Source: Girardia tigrina
Lineage: Eukaryota
DNA: 64,000 nt
Direction: 5' to 3'
NCBI GenBank assembly: GCA_001938485.1
Contig: MQRK01243668.1
Span: 1 to 64,000, forward strand
The notes under the pieces were generated by a model. That model saw only the letters and a program-made list of their open reading frames with translations, was not told the origin of the DNA and searched no databases. Within the stretch, counting starts at the first letter, position 1. Each line of letters begins with the position of its first letter. A program made the translations under genes and the position numbers. Positions 1-11,500 of this stretch are shown here, one piece after another.

Positions 1-274
1 AAGTGAATTTCGTGTGCTTATTAAGCATTATTTTTTGCGAAAAAAAACCATTACCGAGACCAAGGCTAAGCTTGATAAATACTATGGGGACTCTGCACCA
101 TCGATTTCAATGATAAAAACGGGGTTTACTGAATTTCGTTGTGGCCGTACAAGCACTGCAGATGCCGAACGTCCTGGACGCCCAGTTGAGGTCTCCACAC
201 CCGAAACAATCGAAAAAATTCACGATATGGTGTTGGCCGACCGAAGATTGAAAGTGCGAGAGATTGTGGAAGCT
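1..274 (+). mobile_element. mariner transposase N-terminal (HTH) fragment, truncated
   Basis: ORF 14.. reads LIKHYFLRKK..LDKYYGDSAPS..FRCGRTSTADAERPGRPVEV..KIHDMVLADRRLKVREIVEA, the typical mariner double-HTH region. Similarity stops abruptly at ~274. Confidence 0.88.
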
Positions 275-588
275 TACGGTTCCTTAGCAACCGTCACTAG
301 GGTGATCGCGACCGTTGCCGTGGAAACGGTAACCCCCCGTGGGACATCGCGGCCGTAACTGAGGTGATCGCGACCGTTTCCATGGTAACCGCGACCGTAA
401 CTAAGGTGATCGCGACCGTTGCTATGGTAACCGCGACCGTTGCNNNNNNNNNNNNNNNNNNNNNNATGGTAACCGCGACCGTTGCTATGGTAATCGGGTC
501 GGTTGCCATGGTAACCACGATAACCCATATCGTTGCTATGGTTACGGCTAGGGGGGGGGTGAGGGAGAATGCCCATTTTTACACTACT
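275..588. mobile_element. solo right terminus/TIR fragment of a Maverick/Polinton-related element
   Basis: Ends GGGAGAATGCCCATTTTTACACTACT (reverse complement AGTAGTGT-AAAAATGGGCATTCTCCC), matching the terminus at 35697. Shares the GGTGATCGCGACCGTTGCYATGGTAAC repeats seen at 42560-42800. Confidence 0.8.
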
Positions 589-2528
589 GGTTTTCAAATT
601 TTAATATTCATATAAGTTTTTTAAATTTTAAAGTAAGGTTTTTATAATATATTTGTGTCCAAAAAAATTAATATGATGAAATTTAAATTTAAATACACCT
701 TTTGATAAAATATTTATAAAAGTACTAAATATAAATTTATTTAAAGTTCTTATAATGAAATTGGATTTAAATAAATTAAAGTAAATTCTGAGGTTTTAAA
801 AGGAGCGTAAAAATATTAATAATAATTAAATAATAATAATTAATAATAAAATTAAATAGAATTAAATATAATTGAAAATATATCACAAACTTTAGAAAAA
901 AGCTAATAATAAATAAAGAAATAATAATTAAACACTAATAAAAAATATAATTAAAATAATAATAATATTATTATTACATTTTATAAAACCTGAAAATAAA
1001 TAAATTGAACACAACTAAAAAAAATTCAAATTAATTTTTTTATAACTATATATAACCATTTTTTAAATTTCTAAAATTTCTATATAAATTTTTATAAAAT
1101 TTCTTTTGTTAAAAAAAGTTTAGCCTAGTGAATTTTATTTATTTTTTATGAAGACGAAAACAATTATTTATATTTAATAAATAATATAAAAAAGGAACAC
1201 AAAATACAACAAAGTTTTTTAATATTTATAAGTTAGAAAATGTAAAACAATTAGTAAAGTAAAATAATTTTGTCTCTATTCATTTCGAAAAGATTTTTAC
1301 ACGAAAATATGTAGAAATATAAAAGACAATTTTCTGTTAATTGTAATTCCATTCATTACCAAAATTTCATTTCATCTAAATTTTTTTCGACACGAAATTA
1401 TTCATTAATTAAAATAAATTTAATAAAATATAAAGAAATAAATTTATTTAGTTATTAGCAAGAATTAAACCATTATATAAGTAAAAATAACACTAAGTAA
1501 AAGAAACATTTTTCAATATTTATACGCTAAAAATTTAGTAAAATACATATTCTTCCGAATTAAATAATTAACGAAAAATTATTTATTATCATAATTTTTG
1601 TAAAATAAAAATTTAGACTCCTAAAATACTTTTTAGGTTTAATTTTAATCACTGTAAAGTCATTCCGATTAAGTATATAATTAAAAACTAGGATTTAACA
1701 TAAAATTTTAATAATGAAATTGGTTTTTATAGACCAGACTTCAAGGTTGTTTGACTTTTTGTTTGTTTAACTGCATCAAATGAAGTTTTTATTTGTGATT
1801 TGTGATTGAAAAAGAATAAAGAATTTGAAATTTTTGTTTTATGAATTATTAATTTGAATTTGAAACTATTCCTGAATGTCAATACAAATTGTGGTGGATT
1901 TGATATCGATATTCATACAGAAAACATAGTTTCTTATTAAACAATCTAATGAACAAAATAATAAATTCCAAAATAGATTCGGTACATTGAAAGACAATTC
2001 CTCTTTGTAGTACAAAAAAAACAAAGACAAATAAAAATGTTCAAATATTTCATTACTAAGTACCAAGAGGTTATTTATCTACATGAATTTATCATACGAG
2101 AGATCGTAGACAGCAACCAGTATTGGGGTTTCATTATCGAGAATATTGCCTCTCAATCGAATTTGAAAATTGGTGATTTGAATAGATTGGTTGAAATTAG
2201 AATCGGCCGGAAGACAAAGATTCAGTTTTACTATACCGTTCCTTACGTACCACGTACTAAGTTAATTAATTTTCAACTATCAGATGAAATATATGACTTA
2301 AATGCGATATTCAATTATTTTTCCAATCAATGAGGTCAAATTTAAAAAATTATAAAAGACGAAGTCGAGAAATTCTTTAGTTTAATGAATTACGTTCAAT
2401 ATTTTCTCTTTTTAAATTTTGTGATGAAACATTAAAAAATATTCAAAATTCAAAAAGAATCATAATAATAAATCAAATTAATTATTTAATTTTTTTAATT
2501 AATGAAATACGAATGATAAATAATCATA

Positions 2529-3122
2529 TTAGGTTGAGGAATAAGTTGCCACCGTTTTTTTTGAATTTTTAATCAATTTAATATTTAAATCAAATTTTTT
2601 GATGTAATGTTAAATGTTATTTGAAAGCTATTGTTTTGATCTAAAAATTGTGTATTTTGTTTTTTTATTCAGATTAATTTTTGTCGATTTTTAGACCATT
2701 AAATGGAGTGTCAAGTCGACAAAAATGAGTATTTCCGACACCATCTAATGTCAATACACGTCCTCATATTGCCAGAATGATAAAAGAAGCCATTCAAACG
2801 CTTGGTTGGGAAGTGTTACCGCACCCTCCGTATTCACCTGACTTTGCTCCATCTGATTTTCATCTTTTCCGTTCGCTTTCTAACGCTTTGTGTGGTGTTT
2901 CGTTCAACAATGATGGAGATCTGCAAGTTTGGTTGGCTGAATTCTTCGAGTCAAGACCGGGCGATTTCTACCAAAGAGGCATTGAAAAACTCGTTGAACG
3001 TTGGGAAGAAGTCGTGAACAATGACGGAGATTATATTTGTGATTAATTTGTAGTAACTTTTTTGTTAAAAAATAAAATTTTATTTTTTTCAAAAAACGGC
3101 GGTAACTTATTCCTCAACCCAA
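2529..3122 (+). mobile_element. internally deleted non-autonomous mariner element
   Basis: TIRs TTAGGTTGAGGAATAAGTTGCCACCGTTTT / AAAACGGCGGTAACTTATTCCTCAACCCAA flanked by TA. The transposase start (MECQVDKNEYFRHHL, 2703) is fused directly to the C-terminus (WEVLPHPPYSPDFAPSDFHLF...ERWEEVVNNDGDY). Confidence 0.92.
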
Positions 3123-3572
3123 TAATAATAAATGTAATAGAATATAAAAATAAACGAAAGAAAAGTAAAAATAAATAAATATTAATTATCGTTTTTCTAT
3201 ATTTTATAATTTTTAAATTCTTTAATATATCTTTATTTTTTTAAAACTTTTCTATACATTTTTTAGATTATTTTACGAATAATATTTTATTGAGTTATTT
3301 AGGAGAATAAACCATTATTTATATATAATTATTAACATGGAACAAGTCACACAAACTAAAACAAACATTTTATTCAATATTTATTACTTAGAAAATAAAA
3401 TAATTTGTGTCGCTATTCATTTTGAAAAGGTTGTACAAGTCTAAATTTAGAAATATTTTTTTGAAAATAATAAATAAAATTTCTTGTCTAAAATTTATAT
3501 GTAAAATTTGTATTTATAAACACAAAAAAATCATTAATTAAAAAAATAAAAAAAACATTGAAAAAAATTTAC

Positions 3573-4727
3573 CTGAAAATATTTGACTTGAGTGAAAAAG
3601 ATTTTCAGCAGACCCTTCATTTCGACGTCCGGTTCCTTTTTATTGATGAATATCACATCGATATCGGATGTTGAGCGATCTTCATGGAGAAAGTCAACGA
3701 GGAACGTTGACACCGATTCGTAATTGATGTTTCCGCAAACAATAATGTGCTTCTTTCCGCTTTCTTTAATATAAGCTCCAAGATATTGAGATCTAGCAAG
3801 AAGGAATTCCGCCAATTCCGGAATAAAACTCGCTACAGCCGCTAAAACCAACAAAATAAACAAAGTCACAAAAATCTTTCCCCCAGTAGTAATCGCACAA
3901 ATATCTCCATAACCGACAGTCGACAAAGTCACAATAACAAAATATAAAGAATCTCCATACCCTATAACCTTAGTATCATTAATAAGGGTCAAACCCGTTA
4001 AACGTCCAGTATTTTCAAGCAAATGAAAAAATCCCGCCCCAACAATCACAACCCCAATGAAAATAAAAATCAACTGCATCACGCGAATTGACGTGCCCGA
4101 CTTAATCAAATTGAAACATTGCATTACTTCAGGAACTCTCATCAAAGCCAAAACTCGCAAAAATCGCAAACCGATCCATTCACGATTCAGCAAAACTGAA
4201 GTCAAAATTTGCGGAATCGTAAACAAATCAACAATCGTAAACAATCCCAACCAGAATTTGATTTTTTCATTTGTCGTCGAAAAACGCAAAAGAAAATACA
4301 CCAAAAACAAAAAATTACAACCGAAATCCGTACAGAAAATCGGATTTCGTAACGGAAAACATCGTTCGAGACTCAAATTCGAACTGAACATTTCGAATAG
4401 ATAGAGAATTGTCGATAGAAGTGCGGCGACGCTCGCGACCAAAGCGACAATTCTCCCGGTTACAAATTGCGTCGACACGATTTGATTGGCGTAATAACGC
4501 AGTCCCGACATGCATGTGTAATTTTCTGCTACGTTTTCCGAGCTCAATAGACTTTGAAAGGAAATATCGACATTTCGTATGGCGGAATTTCGTTGATTTT
4601 TCGAACAGAAATGACGATTGAAACATTTCCAAAGAATAAGCAGCAATAATCCACCGAAATATGCGATAATATCGGCCAAAAAGAACAAATACCATTTGCG
4701 AGTTTCGGTACAGTCGTCGTTATTCAT
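3573..4727 (-). CDS. Slo/BK-family (KCNMA1-like) K+ channel, first coding exon: S0-S6, pore and start of RCK1
   Basis: WIGLRFLR S4, TLSTVGYGD selectivity filter, KHIIVCG..YESVSTFLVDFLHEDR RCK1 start. Splice donor CAG|GTAAAT at 3573/3572. No downstream exon recognised in the window. Confidence 0.9.
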
Positions 4728-6690
4728 TTTCTACAATTAATAATTGATAATTTAATCGATTGCGATATTAAAATAAATTTCTAATAGTATAATTATATTT
4801 TATATTATATATATAAACATTTATTTATATAATATAAATCCCAACCAATCGTAACTTGTTTTATTAATCTAGAAATTTTACTCGTTGATTCTTGGGTAAT
4901 AGATTTATTTATTTCCCTTGAAAAAGAAAACGAAGATATTTTTTCTCTAAAGATTTTTGTAGATAAACAAACCATAAAAGCATAAATAAATCAGTGATTG
5001 TGCGAGTGACACTGAGTAAAAATATAAAAATATAAAATAGGGGTGGGTATGGTGTGGGCTTTATTAACATCTACATATGTAAATTCTATGTGATGTCGAT
5101 CTCGTTTTATACGATGGATACGTTCCGCAGAAAAGCGCATATAAAAAATATTAATTACAAATGACTGCTGGCTTTGTAAAAGAAGAGATACGTTCCGTTA
5201 TTTCCTCTAAAATCGCATAAAACCAAACACAACGAGATACACGTAACTTAAGAACGCATAAAAATTTTTGCATAAATTATAATTAAAAATAGGCGCTTTA
5301 TTAAATTACTTCGAATGTATGAAAGAAATTCAAATAAAAGCTTAAAATAAGAAATATGAGAAATAACAAAAGATTTTATTTAAGCAAAAGTGTTGATTGT
5401 AAAATAAAAAAATATTTTAAAAGTTTATTTAAAGTATGGGTGCAAAATAAAACTTTACGACACTCACTTTTCAAGTTTCAGTACTGAAATCAAAATCTAA
5501 TGCTTATTAATTCATCTTGAAATTAGTAAAATTTGTACTCGCTACTTAATATAAAAATGAACCAAACACCGCTAAAATAAAATTTAATGTCAAAAGAATT
5601 ACAGTCTACACCTTTCGATGTGAAACTCAGAATGATGAAATAGCGACTTGTCGGTGGTTAGTATCCCTACAAATCACCCTACAAACAAATCGCTGACATT
5701 TGGACGGGAATACTTCAGGTAGATCTATATTTTATGAACTATATGTCAGTGGAACAAATGGAGGAGTTTTGAGCATTCCACGATTTTAGAGACTGTCTAT
5801 ACGCGGGCTTCCTAAACAAGCCAATAATTATGTTTGTCCCAAAAAAAATTGGATGAAATACAAACAGTACAACTTCAAAATAGCATAAAAATAATTCGCT
5901 TCAAAAGAGACCTTAAAAGAAACCTTATCTTACACTGTTTAAGATTTGATGGATTTTTTAAAATTTATTTAACGATCATGTTAAACAAAACATTTTAGAC
6001 ACAGTCTCCAGGTTTCTCTAGAGATTGATCGCTGGTCACAGAGACACGGCAGTTGATTTGTAATTGCTGTTGTAAGTGTTAGGACCCTTTTACATTTAAT
6101 ATTTCATTGCTCATCAATAATAACTTTCAAATCATTAATAAAATTTAGATCAAAAGACAGAGAATGCTTAAAATTCGAATTCAAAATAATGTCGTTTGAA
6201 AATGGAAATAAAAATTAAGTAAATTCCTCAAATTAAAAAAAATAAGAATGATCCGAAAATGGAATGTATAATTCACACATAACATAAGTTCGTTTTCAAA
6301 AAACATACAATTCGTACAATTTATCTTGGAATAAAATATTGATTCAGACACAAAATTTGCCTAGTTTTAGGTGAAAATAAAATCTTCAAAAAAATCTGTT
6401 CAATAGAAAATTAAAAGTGACTTGTAAATCACAATTGTCTGACGAAGCTCACTCTGATTGGTCGACCATCTGAGTTAAATACTACGATTAATGTTGCGAA
6501 GTGTGCAAAGTACGTAATTGGTGATTGCTAGATTGATTCAAAAGGGTATAAATTTCATGAGTTTTTGCTTAACGTTCTTAGGCAAAATAACCAATGATAT
6601 AAACCAGAAATCTGTTATTTTGTTCCTAATGCCGGAATTCATAAAAAGTGTTATAATTTTAAGTAATATTATTATTAAAATTGTAATTTA

Positions 6691-6995
6691 ATATATTTAA
6701 AACATTCAAACCTTATTCGACTGCCAAATAGAAATGTTTAAATAATTTATCTTCCAATACAAACTTTAACCGGAAAAAAGTAAAAGAAAAAGAAATAAGT
6801 ATTAACAAAACACACGAATTTTAATTAATTAAAACAATTAAACAAACAAGTGATGAGCAACAAGACATGTCCCATTGAAACAAGATCACTGACATGTCAC
6901 ATATTTGCATCTGGTTTCTCCTGGTTCTCTCTATTCCCAATGTTAGACATCTTATCAACAATAATAGTTTTTTCTCTTTTTTAGGATGTCTTTTG
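6691..6995 (-). repeat. ~300-bp repeat, inverted copy of 8231-8528; possible piggyBac-like transposase 3' end
   Basis: Aligns by eye with 8231-8528 in inverted orientation. Encodes TRCKYVTCQ*SCFNGTCLVAHH, resembling a Cys/His-rich transposase tail. Confidence 0.55.
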
Positions 6996-7101
6996 TTGTA
7001 GATACTTCCATGTTGACACAGTACAAAAAAGAATTTCAGTAAACGAACCATTATTGTTTAATTAATTTATCATTTTTTGTACTGTTTATATTAACTTACT
7101 T

Positions 7102-7135
<34 letters not shown>

Positions 7136-8230
7136 ACGAATTCGTGTCATAGTTTTCACCCATTTGGCGAGCACAATTAGCACCACAAACTTCTGTCGTT
7201 GGAACAGGAAGAAAAAAGAAACAGATTGAACATAAAATATATTGACACATAACACGTAAACACGATCCAAATCGGCAGAATAGAGACGTCTATCGGCATA
7301 ATCATTGAGATGGATACTAGCGTATTGCCTGGGTATATTTGAGTTGATGATTGATAGTTTGTTGATGTTGCTGACTGTAATTGTGGTTTGAATCATGGTT
7401 AATTCCGTTGTTTATTCTGTTCGCCAATCTGCTTCTGTTAAACAAAAACATTAATTTTGTTCATTCATTTAATTTCATGAATTTTTATTTAAATTGATTT
7501 TTGTAATTTGGTTTCGTGTTTTTTTTGAACACCACAACCCACTTCCCATTGTCCGATTGAACTGAAATTCTCCAAAGGATAACACAAATCAAATTTGAAA
7601 TTTACTATCTGAATGCTTTATTAATCATTATTTGCATAAAAACAAATTTGTTTAATTTTCCCCCTATTTATAAATTAAAATAAAACAAAATAAATAATGA
7701 ATATTACTTTTCGGATTTTTTTTCGTAATAAATACATTTTTGGAATCCTAATTATTATGACTATATATCTTTGTCATGAAAAATTTCAAAAAAATATTGA
7801 TTTTCTGGACTTGGAATATTTTACTCTTCTATAATTTTCTCGTGGTAAAACAACAGTTGGAAATATAAGGTGCAGAAGCGGTGCTTCAATGATCGGACTA
7901 TCAAAATCAGCAATTTGATCCACATTATTCGTTGAAAATTTTTTTCAGTTGGATTGAATAGTTCGAGATACCACCGTGGTCCCATAGTTGAGTCGCACTG
8001 AAACAAATATTTATATATTTTGTTTGAGCCACCGGTCATTTTTTCCATCTGGACCGGCTCGATTGAAAGCCTAATTTGAATTTTGGAGCCGGAAAATGGA
8101 CTCGGAATAGATTAAATTGTCGAAAATTGGGAATTTGTCAAACTCTTTTTGTTAAAATTTTATTCATTTAAAGCATTTTTTTAAAAATTATTTTTCATGT
8201 ACTAGTTCATAAAATGAGTTACTTTATACA

Positions 8231-8528
8231 GAAAAAAGATATCCTAAAAAGGGAGAAATATTATTGTTGATAAGATGGAAGTCTAATTCGGGAACAGAGA
8301 GAGCCAGATGCAAATATTTGACATGTCAGCGGTCTTGTTTCTATGGGGCATGTCTTGTTGCTCATCCCTTGTTTGTTTAATTGTTTTAATTAATTAAAAT
8401 TCGTGTGTTTTGTTAATGCTTATTTCTTTTACTTTTACTTTCTTCCCGTTAAAGTTTGTGATGAAAGATAAATTATTTAAACATTTCGTTTGACAGTCGA
8501 ATAAAGTTTGAATGTTTAAAATATATTT
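8231..8528 (+). repeat. second copy of the ~300-bp repeat
   Basis: Encodes RARCKYLTCQRSCFYGACLVAHP followed by the same AT-rich tail as 6691-6995. Confidence 0.55.
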
Positions 8529-11500
8529 CGTTTTGATAACCAAATATTGTCGTGGGATAAGTTGTATTACAGGATAATTGGTCCGACATTATTGATCAAG
8601 ACAGAATTCATATGTAACATTACAATTTGAATTAATATTATTATTGTTATTATTATTTAAATCCAAATCTTACGTGGCGTTTTCTTTAAGTTCCCGGATG
8701 AGACCAAAAATCAAAATAGAGAAAAAATATTTTATCGAATGCTGGGTTATGGAAATATAAATTGTTTAGGAAAGTCATACCTTATTTTTTAAAATTTTCG
8801 TCAAGTAATTGTACATCCTGTCGCGTATTGGAGTGTTAATAAATTCTTTGTTTTGCATGGTGACAACAATTAGCAAAAACTGAATTAGTTACAGAAAATT
8901 ATGGCAATCTCGTACCAAAATTTACGATAAGATCGCTCTTTGTAGTATCTTCAGGAATGGCTGCCTGTTATTGTTTGATAGTGAGAAATTTTTTAGTAAA
9001 ACATTTGTCGAGTCAAAAGAAATATCCTGGAGAAACAAGTGCCAGGAAGTAGACATCCCAAATTCCTGATACTGACAATTCTTAGGGATAAAAGTAACAC
9101 AGTCTGTTTGGATTTCAATGAAAAAATGTCCTTTGATTTAATACAGTAACCTCATAGACACAGACAGATCCGACCGACGAAAGTCCCCTCCCTCTTTATG
9201 GCTTCTCCTCCAAAAATATCGAAGAACACATATGCAAATGATGATTTATCTATATTTTACATTTATAGATAAAAATAACGGTATGATGTAATTGAAAAAA
9301 TATTTGAAATTAAAATCGTAAATTTTGTAAAAAAAAAAAAACACACACACACACATATATATATATATTAATAAAATTGTTTTAATAAAATGATCTCTTT
9401 AAACACTTCATTATTGTAATGAAAAGAGAAATTGGATGTATTTTTCTCTTCCATTAACGTTATAGAATAATTAGATAAAGAGATGAGTAATATTTATTAG
9501 GAACACAAAAGACACTAGATTGTTAATGAATATAATTAATTGTCAAATTATTCTCGACAATAAATATCTTTCTGGCGCAGTTATTTTTTGTTGTACAAAT
9601 GTGGATTTCCCTGTTTAGTCAGTTACTAAACATTAGTCGGGTGAACTCGCAATGCAATACCGGCTTAGGTGCCGGTAGTTTGATAGAAATTTGTCGACGA
9701 GAGTGCCCAGTGAGTCGAATTTCTAGTTCCGACTAAACCAGAAAACGCGGTAAATGGATAGTGATCCGGTTGGATGCGTCACAGAAAAACAATGGTTAAA
9801 TGAGCTTGTAGATTTTTCCAATGTGACTAAAATCAATGGATTTCGACTTATCTATAGTACGAAGACATTGAATAGGAACAAAAGAATTATATTATTTCGA
9901 GATATGATGTCACATCGTGTTCTGTTGTTGGCAATTATCAATTAATTCTTTGACTTCTTTTTCAAAGTTGTACGATGAAGAAATATTATTGAAGTTGCCA
10001 TTTGAATAATCGTACGTTCGAATCGTTAGATTTGAAAAGATTAATTGAAATTTTGCGCTAGCGTGCACCCATAAATTATACAAAGCTTGAAATCGCTGCA
10101 CTTTAATCAGCATTATCGAAACGGCAAATATCATAACACTGTTCAAAAAATCCAAATAACTGCAATTTGATGGTTGTTGTCCGATGAGATGGCGGTATTT
10201 GACACTGAATTCCATTCTCATTGTCGAATGGATAACGATGAACATCGTGAATGTTTTGAAACATAAATTCCAGATATCAAAAGCGATAAAATTTACGTAA
10301 TCCGCATACTGTGACTCAATTTGCAAAGGAAATACGAATAATTCCAACCGTCTGATTATTTCATTTATATTATCGATCGAAATCGCTAATAATCTTTTTT
10401 TTATTTATTACACCTGTTTTCATTTTATTAAGGAATTTTAACATTCGTTAAGGGCCTTATTTATTTATATTATTAATTTGATTATTATAATATCGATATC
10501 AAATGAAATATGTGATAATATTAATGGCAAATATGCGAATAGAATGAAGCAACAGCGTTCTCGTTTGCTCGTTCTATATAATGCGTAAATAAGAACTGGC
10601 TGCTGTTGAAAATGCAATTAAGATTCCGAGATTTTCGATGTTTAAGACGCCGAATACATAAAAAAAACACGGACTACATAAACAAGTCAGGCAGTATCGA
10701 CTCGTATTTAGCTGCATCGAAACGGTACTTCATTAATCACTACAGAATCTTGTCGGCATTTCCTCATGGAATTCACTTCGACTCGCTAGAGAGACTTTGG
10801 AGTACGCGAGTTGCGTTCAGATTTCTTGAAATTACGAAAAATAATGATGAATTTGGTAAAGGAAAAGAGCGATTTTTTGAAATTTTGTTCAGATAAACAT
10901 ATTTTCATTAATGTTAAATAAAATTTAATGAATATTTGCTTTTTATTCTCTGATTTTATATATTCGGTTTATAAATAATAAATGACAATAGTGTGAGGAA
11001 TACTTTGTGGATGTTGTTTAAAGGTTTATTAATCGTCCTCAAATTAAATTATTCAATTCTTGTCATTTTAGTATTTGGAAAGAAAGTTTTTCTTGTTGTT
11101 CATCTTTATTTTGGTTTTCCTTAGAGAGACTGCTAATGTCCGAATAATAAATATCATTACTTTTATTTGAAATTGTATTTCATTTTAAAAAATTAAAAAT
11201 ATTTGTATATTTTAATTTTAATTTGCACTAATAAAATAAATCATTAACATTAATTTGCACTTTAAAGGCCCTTTCCAAATGTTAATAAATCATGTTTGTA
11301 TGTGTATGTGATATATTATTTTTTGTGTGTTTAGTGCGTGTGCGTGCTTGTATTTGTAAGTATGTTTAATTTTTCTATATAATAAGGCCCTATTAAAAGG
11401 TTTGTTTTATTTAATGGAAAAAATGATTGATTTTTATTGGTTAGTTTACATTTTCTTATTATATTCTATTAATTTTTAATAGAATGCCTTATTATAATGG

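Noticed and set aside
300-545. CRISPR-like repeat array
   Set aside because: Spacers are short and repetitive, the context is eukaryotic, and there are no cas genes.
274-615. ORFs with VTMATV/NGRGYH repeats (also 42656..42856)
   Set aside because: Translation by-products of the palindromic X-box repeats in TIR DNA, open in several frames.
4057-4695. Overlapping ORFs 4057..4404, 4315..4695 and 4409..4621
   Set aside because: Shadow frames of the Slo exon.
8671-9150. Possible mariner TIR and relic (also ~13590-13890 and ~28387)
   Set aside because: Too degraded; no matching TIR pair or readable catalytic motifs.
9910-10347. 145-aa ORF and similar mid-size ORFs (2037, 10606, 27778, 48107, 48559)
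   Set aside because: No recognisable domain or reliable splice structure. They may be decayed genes but cannot be called.
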